A stretch of 64,000 nt of DNA. Source: an uncultured delta proteobacterium (lineage in GTDB: Bacteria > Desulfobacterota > Desulfuromonadia > Geobacterales > Pseudopelobacteraceae). The notes beneath the pieces were generated by a model. It worked only from the letters and a program-made list of their open reading frames with translations. It had not been told where the DNA came from and made no database searches. Positions 20,157 through 29,758 of the stretch are shown in pieces. The translations under genes and the position numbers were made by a program. The DNA lies in the NCBI GenBank assembly GCA_963772835.1, contig CAVYYZ010000011.1, positions 160,001 through 224,000 of the forward strand. The letters are read 5' to 3'. Position 1 is the first letter of the stretch; each line of letters begins with the position of its first letter.

Positions 20157-21029
20157 ATGGGAAAACGGGTAATTTTGTTACAAATGCTCATGTTATCGGT
20201 ATTGTTGACGGGGATGACGGTCCTGACGGCCGCCGGAGCCGTTGATCCACAGTCGGTGCTGAGCAATTCCGATTGTGTCAAATGTCACACGGCAGCACCG
20301 GAGGCGATTGCGGCCAATGGCGGAGCTCACAAAACCCAGGTCAGCTGTCAGGATTGCCATGCCGGCCACCCGCCCGCGGTCAAAAAGATCATCCCCGCAT
20401 GCAGTCAGTGCCACAGCGGCAAACCGCACTACAATCTTTCTGCCTGTCTGCGCTGCCACAGCAATCCGCATTCCCCGAAAATTATCAAACTGGCCAATAA
20501 TATCACTGATGAGTGTCTCACCTGTCATACCCAGCAGATCGTCAAACTGAAACAGGTTAAGAGCAAGCATACCAAGCTTGCCTGCAGCTTCTGCCATAAT
20601 ACCCATGGCAAAATTCCTCTCTGTACCCAGTGCCACAAGCCACATAGCCCGGAAATGACTGCAGTTGACTGCAAGCGTTGTCACCAGGCCCATATGCCGA
20701 CCGCCGTTACGTATCCTTCCGATACCGTCAACAAGATGTGCTCTGCATGCCACAAGAAGGCTTTTGAACTGCACGGCAAGACCGATACAAAGCATAAAGA
20801 CGTCAACTGCGTTACCTGTCACAAGGACAAACACAAGATGATTCCGACCTGCCAGAGTTGTCACGGAGCACCGCATCCCGCACGTATGCTGGCCCGTTTC
20901 ACCAAATGCGGAGACTGCCACAATACTGCTCACGACCTGAACCGCTGGGAAACCGGTACACTGAAGCCGGGCGGAGACAGGGATGACGCGGTGAAGCTAC
21001 CTCCTAAAAAAGGTACCAAAAAGAAATAG
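20157..21029 (+). CDS. Dodecaheme periplasmic cytochrome c
   Basis: Signal peptide after ATG 20157 (GGGGG RBS), 12 CxxCH motifs. Confidence 0.92.
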   Translation: MGKRVILLQMLMLSVLLTGMTVLTAAGAVDPQSVLSNSDCVKCHTAAPEAIAANGGAHKTQVSCQDCHAGHPPAVKKIIPACSQCHSGKPHYNLSACLRCHSNPHSPKIIKLANNITDECLTCHTQQIVKLKQVKSKHTKLACSFCHNTHGKIPLCTQCHKPHSPEMTAVDCKRCHQAHMPTAVTYPSDTVNKMCSACHKKAFELHGKTDTKHKDVNCVTCHKDKHKMIPTCQSCHGAPHPARMLARFTKCGDCHNTAHDLNRWETGTLKPGGDRDDAVKLPPKKGTKKK

Positions 21030-21054
21030 AAAGAGCTGTGAGAGGTCGCACTAC

Positions 21055-21084
21055 AGGCCGGCGGAGAAATCCGCCGGCCTTTTT
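21055..21084 (+). terminator. Intrinsic terminator
   Basis: AGGCCGGCGGA-GAAA-TCCGCCGGCCT-TTTT after the cytochrome gene. Confidence 0.85.
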
Positions 21085-21286
21085 ACGTAAGGAATTGCGA
21101 ACGGTATGTTTTGCAGTTATACTGGCTACGGTGCTTTTTACCGCCTGCGCGGTATCCAGACCGTTGTTTTTTGTTCCGGCATGAGATTGAAGGGGTGTGT
21201 AAACTGCCAATTGCTGCATGATTCAGTAAAATGGAAACTGCCGGGTACTTGTCTGCGTGACTGATTGAGCGTGACCGGAGCGTCGG

Positions 21287-23422
21287 ATGACACTGTATCA
21301 GAGAACAATCCTTAGTATCGTCAGCACGTTCATCGCCCTTTTTTTTATTCTGGGGGCATCATCAGACATTATTCTGCTGAAGAGTTTTGCCGAGCTCGAA
21401 CGCTCGGTCGTTGCAGATAACATCCAGATAGTCAGAAACGAAATCGAAGAATCGTATGACGAACTGCGCGCCTCTTCGCATGAGATCGGTGCAGTCATAG
21501 CTGCTCACGGTTACGCCTCCCTTTCCAAAATTCCAGTTACCACTCTCCACAATCACCACGTTGATATAGCCGTCTGCTTTTCTCACAGTGAGCAGGTCAT
21601 GGCTTCGGCCGTTGCGACAGGAAATACAGCGAGATATTCGGTTGAAACCGGGCGGATTATTGCGCACCTGGGTGATATACTCCGGATTGCGCAGAAAGAT
21701 CCCGGCGTTCCACTGAACGGGCTGATCGTCCCCGGCGACACTCCACTGCAACTGGTTCTTACGCAGCTCCCTGAAAAAAAACTTCTATTGTTGACGGGTC
21801 GTTTCCTGGATAAGGACGAAATTAACCGGATTACCGCCCTGACGGAGTTTGCTCTTGATCTTGTGCCGGTATCCGAGGAACGGCCTACCCCTGAAATCGC
21901 AGCAGCACTCGCCGCGATTTCCCGCGGTTATGAAAACCCTGTCCAGGTTATTGATCCGGACACCGTTGCCGGCTACACCCTCTTCAGGGATATTTATAAT
22001 CGTCCTGCCTTTTTTGCGAAAATTACCGAGGAGCGACTTCTCTACAAACAGGGTAAGGCGACGATTTTATATGTCCTCAGTTCGTTGTTTATAGTTGGTG
22101 GAGTGTTCTGCTGTGTGATGCTGTTTTTCATCCGCGGGACCGTTCTTAATCGCCTTGCCTCTCTCACTCAAAAAGTGACACAGATAACAACACACGGCGA
22201 TATATCGGAACGCCTGACTGTTTCAACTTTGCAGGATGAATTGAATGATCTGGCCGTTTCGATCAACAGCATGCTTGATTCTCTCGAAAAAGCAGAACAG
22301 GGTGTGCGGGAAAGCGAGGAACGCTATCGCATGCTGTTTGATAGAGCACCCGACGCGATTATTATAATCGGTCTGGAGGGGGATGAAGCCGGCCGGATTG
22401 TGGCAGCAAATATTGCCGCAGCTGACCAGCACGGGTATACGGTGGATGAACTTACCGGCTTGAGTATTTATGATCTGAACACTTCAGAGAGTAATAAAAT
22501 CGCCGGAGATATCATCGCCGCTATTCTCGCCGGTGAGTGGCTGACATCAGAACTCTGGCACCGTAAAAAGGATGGTACCCAGTTCCCGATCGAGATACAT
22601 GCCGGATTGATTAAAATTGAAGGGAAGAAGTATATATTGGGATTTGATCGGGACATTACGCAGCGCAAAATCACAGAAGAAACCGACCATATGCACCTTC
22701 AGCAGATTCGTCAGCTTAATGAAGAATTAAACCGGAAAGCGATTGATCTTGCAGCGGCCAACAATGAACTTGAGACATTTAATTATTCGGTTTCTCATGA
22801 TATGCGCGGACCGCTCACGAGGATTTCAGGATATTGCCAGCTGCTGCTTGATGACGACACCGTTCTAGATCCGGATGTGAAAGAGTATATCGCCCGCATT
22901 TATGAGTCTGGAACATGGCTTAATGACATGATTGATGCCCTGTTGCAGCTGGCACAGTTGACCCGTGCGGATATCAATTCCGGCAGTGTCAATCTGAGCG
23001 TTATTGCAGACGCGGCCTTGAAAGAACTCTCACTTGAAAACCCCGGGCGATCGGTCAGGGTACTGGTCGCACCGGATATCGTTGTAGCCGGTGATTCCCG
23101 GCTTCTGAAAATGGTTATGATTAATCTGCTCAATAATGCCTGGAAATACAGTGCAGAGAAGAGCGATGCATCCATTGAATTCGGGGTTGAGCAGGCAGAT
23201 TCAGGGGTGGTGTATTATGTCCGCGATAATGGTGCCGGTTTTGATATGAAAGATGCAGACAAGCTTTTCCGTGTTTTCACTCGATTGCACAATCCTGGGC
23301 AGTTCTCCGGAATCGGTATCGGTCTTGCGACTGTCCAACGCATCATTTTCCGCCATGGCGGCCGGATCTGGGCCGAAGCAGAGCCCGGAAACGGAGCGAC
23401 TTTTTACTTTACTCTGCCGTAG
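21287..23422 (+). CDS. Sensor histidine kinase (CHASE4-like, HAMP, PAS, HisKA, HATPase)
   Basis: Two TM segments, QDELNDLA HAMP, RKKDGTQFPIE PAS, SVSHDMRGPL, NAWKY, DNGAGFD, GIGLA. Confidence 0.9.
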   Translation: MTLYQRTILSIVSTFIALFFILGASSDIILLKSFAELERSVVADNIQIVRNEIEESYDELRASSHEIGAVIAAHGYASLSKIPVTTLHNHHVDIAVCFSHSEQVMASAVATGNTARYSVETGRIIAHLGDILRIAQKDPGVPLNGLIVPGDTPLQLVLTQLPEKKLLLLTGRFLDKDEINRITALTEFALDLVPVSEERPTPEIAAALAAISRGYENPVQVIDPDTVAGYTLFRDIYNRPAFFAKITEERLLYKQGKATILYVLSSLFIVGGVFCCVMLFFIRGTVLNRLASLTQKVTQITTHGDISERLTVSTLQDELNDLAVSINSMLDSLEKAEQGVRESEERYRMLFDRAPDAIIIIGLEGDEAGRIVAANIAAADQHGYTVDELTGLSIYDLNTSESNKIAGDIIAAILAGEWLTSELWHRKKDGTQFPIEIHAGLIKIEGKKYILGFDRDITQRKITEETDHMHLQQIRQLNEELNRKAIDLAAANNELETFNYSVSHDMRGPLTRISGYCQLLLDDDTVLDPDVKEYIARIYESGTWLNDMIDALLQLAQLTRADINSGSVNLSVIADAALKELSLENPGRSVRVLVAPDIVVAGDSRLLKMVMINLLNNAWKYSAEKSDASIEFGVEQADSGVVYYVRDNGAGFDMKDADKLFRVFTRLHNPGQFSGIGIGLATVQRIIFRHGGRIWAEAEPGNGATFYFTLP

Positions 23423-23549
23423 ATCCTGCGACCGGCTCATAAAAAAAACTTTTAAACGTGGGAATCCGGCGTGCACAGGAATCGTTTCAAAATGGAGTAA
23501 AAGGCCGGAACTACAGGGAGTATACGGATATGATTTTAACCAATTGCCG

Positions 23550-24155
23550 TTACTCTGAAAAAGGCGATAGTTTCCCCCGGAGATTCTGATCTTTTCTGAA
23601 GAGGATGCGTGCGGTCGGCATATCACCGCCGCAGATCTCTTCAGAAAAGAGAATGGTGCCGCTGAACGTTTCAAAGAGCCTGCGTAACTCCCCCGGTTGC
23701 AGCAGAAATTGCGGGTTGCGGGTCTGTAGGAGTGCCTCTGAAGCCAGGATGGTGTCAAAGAGCAGCAGACCGCCCGGGTTCAGGCACGCAACTTCAGCTG
23801 GAATCAGTTCACGCAGCAGAAAATTAAAATTAAGTATCAGATCGTATGTCCCCTCGATTCGGTAGTCGTCAAGATCCACCCTTCGAAAATCCACGTCTAC
23901 TCCCATTGCTTCAACCCGGTTCCTCCCTTTTGCCAGCCCGATGTCGGAAATATCCAACCCGACTACCCTGAAACCATTCTGAGCCAGGAACAGGCTGTTT
24001 CTTCCTTCTCCGCACGCAATATCCAATGCTGCCAATCCGGGTGTCAGGGTTTTGATTCTTTCAATCTCCCGTGCCAGAAACGGCGAAGGATGACTGCCAA
24101 GAAAAGAATCCTCAGATTCAAAGCGCCTGTTCCATTTGATTCGGTCGGATTCCAC
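23550..24155 (-). CDS. Class I SAM-dependent methyltransferase (TehB-like)
   Basis: ALDIACGEGRN motif I, GLDIS, LNPGGLL. Confidence 0.88.
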   Translation of the reverse strand: MESDRIKWNRRFESEDSFLGSHPSPFLAREIERIKTLTPGLAALDIACGEGRNSLFLAQNGFRVVGLDISDIGLAKGRNRVEAMGVDVDFRRVDLDDYRIEGTYDLILNFNFLLRELIPAEVACLNPGGLLLFDTILASEALLQTRNPQFLLQPGELRRLFETFSGTILFSEEICGGDMPTARILFRKDQNLRGKLSPFSE

Positions 24156-24171
24156 AGTTCCCTCGCCCTGT

Positions 24172-24342
24172 TTTGCAGTAATGCAAAAAATTAAAAGTTT
24201 ATTTGCACATGTGCAAAACGAATAGTTTGCCGCGTAGATACTTTCTATCTACCAGAAATGTTTATGTTTGTCAGTGTATGTCTGTTTCCGGTCAGCGGTA
24301 ACAGGATGCAGGGTGGCGCTGATATATTTGCATTTGTGCAAA
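24172..24342. promoter_or_regulatory. Three TTTGCA-N4-TGCAAA palindromes, candidate enhancer (UAS) sites
   Basis: TTTGCAGTAATGCAAA 24172-24187, TTTGCACATGTGCAAA 24202-24217, TTTGCATTTGTGCAAA 24327-24342. Confidence 0.7.
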
Positions 24343-24417
24343 ATGCTGCGCGTCGTAAAAGAATATGAAAATGTATAACATTACGTAATTACAGGTAATA
24401 ATCGATATATTGTCTGT

Positions 24418-24433
24418 TGGCACAGCATGTGCT
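24418..24433 (+). promoter_or_regulatory. sigma54 (-24/-12) promoter
   Basis: TGGCACAGCATGTGCT: TGGCAC with GC at the canonical spacing, preceded by an AT-rich tract. Confidence 0.72.
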
Positions 24434-24470
24434 TTTAGAAGGATACGAAGTATGGTCAATCGGGGCGCTC

Positions 24471-24665
24471 ATGAAAACTGAAACAATCTGTCCGTTTTTT
24501 GGAAAAAATGATGATCAGTGTGACATCGGGTGTGGCTACATATCTCCTCATGATGTGAACATGATCATTCGCTTCTGTAACGGCCGTCATCTGCAATGTA
24601 TCAAGTATCTCGAACTGTCGGATCGCTTTCCGGCAGCAAAACAGTACGATGCTGAATTCTGCTGA
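24471..24665 (+). CDS. Small cysteine-rich hypothetical protein (64 aa)
   Basis: MKTETICPFF..CDIGCG..FCNGRHLQC..C; GGGG RBS; first ORF after the sigma54 promoter. Confidence 0.7.
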   Translation: MKTETICPFFGKNDDQCDIGCGYISPHDVNMIIRFCNGRHLQCIKYLELSDRFPAAKQYDAEFC

Positions 24666-24694
24666 TTAACCATACAAGGCAAAACGGAGAACAT

Positions 24695-24817
24695 ATGTCG
24701 TACCAGCTTTTATTCAATTTCAGTCACGTACAATGTTTACAGGCGGTTTTTATCAGCACTCTGTTTGTAGTGCTACTCATTGCCAAGGAGATAAAAGATG
24801 ACCACAAGAGAGCTTGA
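24695..24817 (+). CDS. Unannotated 40-aa single-pass membrane peptide
   Basis: GGAG RBS, MSYQLLFNFSHVQCLQAVFISTLFVVLLIAKEIKDDHKRA; stop overlaps the next gene. Below the ORF-track cutoff. Confidence 0.55.
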   Translation: MSYQLLFNFSHVQCLQAVFISTLFVVLLIAKEIKDDHKRA

Positions 24818-25049
24818 ACTGCTGAACAGAATCGAAGAACTGGAACGCCATACCTGGCGTAACAGTTCAATACTGCGTTCGGTTGCAATGGTGGCTTTCA
24901 CCGCACTGATCGGCATTGTTGTCGCGTCCGGTGTTGTGGGAGGGGGGCGCGGCAGTCATTGGTCCGGTCCGGCCTGGAACACAATGTGGCTGTACGGCCT
25001 GTTTGCAGCCAATGCGGTTTCGATGTTCTGGACTACTCACAAGGAATAA
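24798..25049 (+). CDS. Small two-TM membrane protein
   Basis: AAGGAG RBS, 83 aa, short coiled segment then two hydrophobic helices. Confidence 0.75.
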   Translation: MTTRELELLNRIEELERHTWRNSSILRSVAMVAFTALIGIVVASGVVGGGRGSHWSGPAWNTMWLYGLFAANAVSMFWTTHKE

Positions 25050-25062
25050 GGGGATACTGATC

Positions 25063-26139
25063 ATGCCAATGAAAATTACTCATGCAATTATGCTTCTGAC
25101 GGTCTGTATCCTCTTCTCGGCCTTTAATATGCAGATATTCAGCGGTCTGGACGAAATGATGGGTGATCAATACTGGGTTATCAATACGACTCAGGGTGAT
25201 CACGGCTGGTACGCCATGGGACTTCTGCCCCACGTTAGTAAAGTGCCGAAGGATGTCGTTGCAGCAGCTAATACGGATGCGGATCCTAAAAACGATTATG
25301 TTATCTATGCCCAAAGCGGTGACTTCGCGGGCAAATCGGTCTACGGCATCTGCTTTGGTATCCCGATGATAATGTATCTGATCTGGTTTGCCTTTATCCT
25401 CGGTTTCCCGGACCGGGTGGATCCATATCTGCTGCCGCGCAAATTATTCACCATCGCGGTTATCATCTCCTGCTCGGTGGTTGCCAATCTGTTTCTGATG
25501 CGCATTGCCGGCGACTTTGCCAGGGAACCGATGGCCCGTATTGCCAATGTTGCCGGTAACCATGCTTCACTGCTGTTTCATAACGCCGGAATCTGGTTTG
25601 CAATTCTTTTTTCGGCTCTGGGAACACACAGCCACTCCTCGAGCGAAGTCAAGGCACCCGACAGCCGCAACTGGCAGACTCAGGCAAACGAGAAATTCAA
25701 CTGGATGTTCACGTTGCTGGGTATAGTGACCATTCTGGAGATCGTGCTGGTAAAGAACAAACTGGCTCTTCCGGATGCTGCTGTAGACTATTCAGTCTGG
25801 ATAATATGGGTGGTGATCTTTATGCGCATGTACGGGTTCTCGCCCAAGTACTGGATCAAACGGTCTACCGGTATATCCATCATGGTAGTCGGTACGCTGC
25901 TGACTCTGCCGGTGTTCTATCTGCTTGAACGGGCAACCGGAACATTAGGGGCCGGATTTGCCTCGCCGATTCTGGCCAAGGCACTGGGAGTCGAAAATCA
26001 GAATGTCGGCCTTTCTTTGATGGTATCTATCTATCTTGTCTTCTGGATGGAGTTTGCAACAGCAATCCGTATGAACGGTCCGAACAAAAAAACTCCCGTT
26101 CCTGAAGTTCTGGGCCCCGGGGAAATGATAACAGACTGA
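25063..26139 (+). CDS. Polytopic membrane protein of unknown family (358 aa)
   Basis: GGGG RBS before ATG 25063, about 8-9 hydrophobic segments, no family motif recognised. Confidence 0.8.
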   Translation: MPMKITHAIMLLTVCILFSAFNMQIFSGLDEMMGDQYWVINTTQGDHGWYAMGLLPHVSKVPKDVVAAANTDADPKNDYVIYAQSGDFAGKSVYGICFGIPMIMYLIWFAFILGFPDRVDPYLLPRKLFTIAVIISCSVVANLFLMRIAGDFAREPMARIANVAGNHASLLFHNAGIWFAILFSALGTHSHSSSEVKAPDSRNWQTQANEKFNWMFTLLGIVTILEIVLVKNKLALPDAAVDYSVWIIWVVIFMRMYGFSPKYWIKRSTGISIMVVGTLLTLPVFYLLERATGTLGAGFASPILAKALGVENQNVGLSLMVSIYLVFWMEFATAIRMNGPNKKTPVPEVLGPGEMITD

Positions 26140-26194
26140 CAGCAGGAGATGTATTGAATATCTCCTCTGCAGGTCATTCATCACCCATTCATTA

Positions 26195-26238
26195 CGACAC
26201 AGAGAAAGCCGGAGTCCCCTCCGGCTTTCTCTGTGTCG
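26195..26238. terminator. Long perfect hairpin between convergent genes (likely bidirectional terminator)
   Basis: CGACACAGAGAAAGCCGGAG-TCCC-CTCCGGCTTTCTCTGTGTCG, 20-bp stem. Confidence 0.75.
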
Positions 26239-26262
26239 CTCATTACTCCAACTGACATGTTT

Positions 26263-27654
26263 TCAGTAATCTTCTTTGTTGATACCATACCTCTTTATTT
26301 TCCGATACATGGTAACCATGTTCATGCCTGCTTCCCGCGCTGCCAGGTCGATATTGCCGCCGTGCCGTTTCAGAAGAGTTATCAGCAGATCAGTTTCAAA
26401 ACGTTCCAGTGCTGTAGAGTAGGGCACGCCGGGGTCAATCTGCATGGTGTCGTGTACATCGGCAACTCTGCCCGCATCGGTCTCGACAAACTGTGCAAGC
26501 GTATCGCGTGAAATAAATTCCCCGGTTTCCATTGCCATGCATGCTTCTACCACGTTTTTGAGCTGCCTGACATTGCCCGGCCATTCGTTTGCACACAAAA
26601 CATGCATGGCGGAGCTTTCAAATCCCTTTATAGCAGTTTTGAACTTCTGGTTCTGGAGCTGTATAAAGTGTGCAGCGAGCAGAGGGATATCGCTGCGTCT
26701 CTCCCGCAACGGGGGAATGTGTAAAGTGACAACATTCAGACGATAGTAGAGGTCTTCTCGAAACGCCCCGGATTTTATCGCTTCTTTCAGATCGGAGTTG
26801 GTTGCGGACAGGATCCGCACATCAACCCGTGTCGGGGTGGTGTCTCCAATCCGGTTGAACTCTTTCTCCTGCAGAAACCTGAGGAGCGTTTTCTGAACGT
26901 TCATCGGCAGGTTGCCGACTTCATCCAGAAATAGTGTTCCGCCGCCGGCGGCTTCCAAAAGCCCGCTGCGGTTTTCTGTTGCTCCGGTGAATGATCCTTT
27001 TTTGTAGCCGAACAGCTCGCTTTCAAGCAGATTTTCAGGTAATGCGCCGCAATTGATGGCAACAAATCTTTTCCCGCGCCGCGGGGAGTTGTAATGGATC
27101 GCCTGTGCGATCAACTCTTTTCCGGATCCGGATTCTCCTGTAACGAGGATTGATGTGTCCCTGACAGCGACTTTGCCGACACGTTCCAAAACATTTTTCA
27201 ACCCTTCGCAGGCCCCGACAATATTTTCAAAGCTGAATTTTTCGCCCAGTTCGGCACGCAGTTCGCGGTTTTCTTCGAGCAGTTTCCGTTGTTGCAGGGC
27301 ATTCTTTACCCGATAGACAAGTTCGTCAGGTTCGAACGGCTTCGTAAGCATATCATACGCGCCCTTACGTAATGCCTGAATAGACATGTCAACGGTTGCG
27401 TATGCGGTCATCATGATGATTGGAATATCATGCTGTTTGGCCTTTATTGCCTGCAAAACCTCCAGCCCGCTCATGCCGGGCATTTTGATATCACTGATGA
27501 CCAGGTCCCACGAGAAGGCTTTGAAATCATCGACCGCCATTTGAGGCGATGTGAAAGACCGTACCAGATACCCCTGGTCCACGAGAATGTGCTCCATCAT
27601 CCGGCAGAGTCCGGCCTCATTATCAATCAATAAAATACGTTTTTTATCGGCCAC
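26263..27654 (-). CDS. NtrC/AtoC-family sigma54-dependent response regulator
   Basis: Receiver (SDIKMPG, TKP), GESGSGKE, ESELFGYKKGSFTGA, WPGNVRQL, C-terminal HTH. Confidence 0.92.
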   Translation of the reverse strand: MADKKRILLIDNEAGLCRMMEHILVDQGYLVRSFTSPQMAVDDFKAFSWDLVISDIKMPGMSGLEVLQAIKAKQHDIPIIMMTAYATVDMSIQALRKGAYDMLTKPFEPDELVYRVKNALQQRKLLEENRELRAELGEKFSFENIVGACEGLKNVLERVGKVAVRDTSILVTGESGSGKELIAQAIHYNSPRRGKRFVAINCGALPENLLESELFGYKKGSFTGATENRSGLLEAAGGGTLFLDEVGNLPMNVQKTLLRFLQEKEFNRIGDTTPTRVDVRILSATNSDLKEAIKSGAFREDLYYRLNVVTLHIPPLRERRSDIPLLAAHFIQLQNQKFKTAIKGFESSAMHVLCANEWPGNVRQLKNVVEACMAMETGEFISRDTLAQFVETDAGRVADVHDTMQIDPGVPYSTALERFETDLLITLLKRHGGNIDLAAREAGMNMVTMYRKIKRYGINKEDY

Positions 27655-29610
27655 TTATATTTCCTCTCTCCCGATCGGCAGCGTGACTGTTACGCATGTT
27701 CCCGTGCCGACAGTACTGTCAATGCGGATCTCTCCATTGTGCTGCTCTATTATCTGCCTGGTTATAGCCAGTCCCAGCCCCGTGCCGCGGGCTTTAGTCG
27801 TGTAGAAAGGCTCAAAAATTGTTTCCAGGCTTTCCGGCGGAATGCCGCAGCCGCTGTCACTGAAAGTTATGCACACGTGCCCGGCATTGCCGGCAGCAGT
27901 CCCGACGGTCAGGGTGCCGCCGTTCGACATCGCTCCGCCCGCGTTAAGGATGAGATTTATAGCCACTTGCCTCATCTGGTCACCGTCAAGTTCAATTAAC
28001 GGCAAACCGGTTGCGAACCGGGTATTTATTGTTATTCCCTGCATGTCGGTATGATTGGCGGCAAAGTCGACAATGTGCTGCAGCAGATCATTGAGATCGG
28101 TCGGTTCGAGAGCCGGCCGGGGAGTGCGGGCGTAGGATAGCAGGTCCTGAACTATTTTTTTGCAGCGCTTGCTTTCCCGTTTTATTTCGTGAATGTACTG
28201 ATAATTCGGATCGTCCTCACTCATCTTGCTTTCCAGATACCCTGCATAACCCAGGATAACCCCCAACGGGTTGTTTATCTCATGTGCGACGCCCGATGAA
28301 AGCACGCCGAGAGAAGCCATTTTCCCCTGTTGGGCGAGATTGGATTCAATGGCCTTGTTACGCTGGATGATATCGGTCATTCGATTGAAGGCGCTCCCCA
28401 TTTCGGACAGTTCGTCCTCACCTCTGACAGTCATCCGTTCGTCAAAATTACCGCGTTTAACACGCTTGATAACGGACATCATGTGTGTGATCGGACGGGT
28501 GAACACAGTTGAGGCCCGGAACACAAGTGCCGTTGCAACCGCTCCGACGACAAGTATCAGAAGCGCCATGCTGACAAGTATTCGAGTCTTTATCTTGTTG
28601 GCCTCATGATAAAACTCGTCCTCATATGATCCTACTGCAACGATCCAGTCCCACGGTTCGAAATAATCATACCGCACAATCTTCATCCGGGTGGAGGAAT
28701 CAGCCGTGTTTTTCCAGGGATATCGAATCCAGCCGCTTTTTTTTGTGCACATTTCTCTGATGAAGCTGTTGCCGTTCAGATCCTGTGCGTTTATCAGGTT
28801 CTTCCCTTCAGAGTCGGGGTGGATAGTAAAGGTGCCTTTTCTATCCATACAAAAAATGTAGCCGCTCGCCCCGACTTTTTTTGCGTTTATACTCTCCTTA
28901 AGCTTTGCAAATGACTGCCGTTCAAAGGCCGCATCGCCTATGGATTCATCCAGATAGCTGCCGGTGGCAATTATCCAATCCCATTCACGGAAATATTTGT
29001 ATGCCACCACCTTGGTCCGCGGTTCTTTGTCGCCAAGAACGGCATTTCGCCAGGGATAGGTGATGAACAGCGTTTCACCCGGCTTGCTGGCGAGGGCGGC
29101 TGCGCACATGTCCCGGATGAAAAAACGGCCGTTTTCGTCACGCTCATTAAATACATTTTCACCTTCACGGGCAATATGAGCCTGAAGGTTACCACGGCTG
29201 GTCATCGCATAAATGTATCCCGTTTCGCCGACATTTATTTTTTTCAATGCCTGGCGCGCTTCACTCTTTGCCATTTCCAGACTGATTCTGCCATATGCAT
29301 GCTGTCTCTGCTCGGTTGCAACAAGGTTGTAAGACAGTGCGGTCAACGTCGCCAATTCGTTATTGAGGTTCCGTGCTTTATCCTGCTTGTAGACCTGAAA
29401 CTGCTGATAGTGGGAATTAAGCAGGTCGATGCAGAATGATGAAAGATGCTGCAGATCATCTTTGCTGGTTTTGGTAACACCGCGGTAGGCCTGCTGGTTG
29501 GCAATAAAGCCGATTACTCCGGCAACAACAAAAATTGGAATTATCACAAGCGGTAAGACCAGTATCAGCAGCTTTCCGCGAAGTTTCAGCCTATTGAGTA
29601 AAGAATTCAT
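27655..29610 (-). CDS. Sensor histidine kinase with tandem Cache_2-type domains and HAMP
   Basis: Two GYI..HxxxEG.N..D.NG..FIREM..YPW repeats, WDWII, HAMP, AHEINNPL, DSGCGI, GTGLGL. Confidence 0.9.
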   Translation of the reverse strand: MNSLLNRLKLRGKLLILVLPLVIIPIFVVAGVIGFIANQQAYRGVTKTSKDDLQHLSSFCIDLLNSHYQQFQVYKQDKARNLNNELATLTALSYNLVATEQRQHAYGRISLEMAKSEARQALKKINVGETGYIYAMTSRGNLQAHIAREGENVFNERDENGRFFIRDMCAAALASKPGETLFITYPWRNAVLGDKEPRTKVVAYKYFREWDWIIATGSYLDESIGDAAFERQSFAKLKESINAKKVGASGYIFCMDRKGTFTIHPDSEGKNLINAQDLNGNSFIREMCTKKSGWIRYPWKNTADSSTRMKIVRYDYFEPWDWIVAVGSYEDEFYHEANKIKTRILVSMALLILVVGAVATALVFRASTVFTRPITHMMSVIKRVKRGNFDERMTVRGEDELSEMGSAFNRMTDIIQRNKAIESNLAQQGKMASLGVLSSGVAHEINNPLGVILGYAGYLESKMSEDDPNYQYIHEIKRESKRCKKIVQDLLSYARTPRPALEPTDLNDLLQHIVDFAANHTDMQGITINTRFATGLPLIELDGDQMRQVAINLILNAGGAMSNGGTLTVGTAAGNAGHVCITFSDSGCGIPPESLETIFEPFYTTKARGTGLGLAITRQIIEQHNGEIRIDSTVGTGTCVTVTLPIGREEI

Positions 29611-29758
29611 TGCGCCTCGGTCGGTACGTCATGCAGGCATATTTGAAATTTGCCTCTCCATGAGTTTCGGTTTATAAGATAAGTCGGAACTAAAAGCAAC
29701 TGCCACCGGATCTGAAAGTTTTTACATCACCATAAATCGGTTTTCAAGGATATCGAAT

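Noticed and set aside
24916..25062. N-terminal extension of the 407-aa ORF-track call
   Set aside because: Overlaps the 83-aa gene; an RBS supports ATG 25063 instead.
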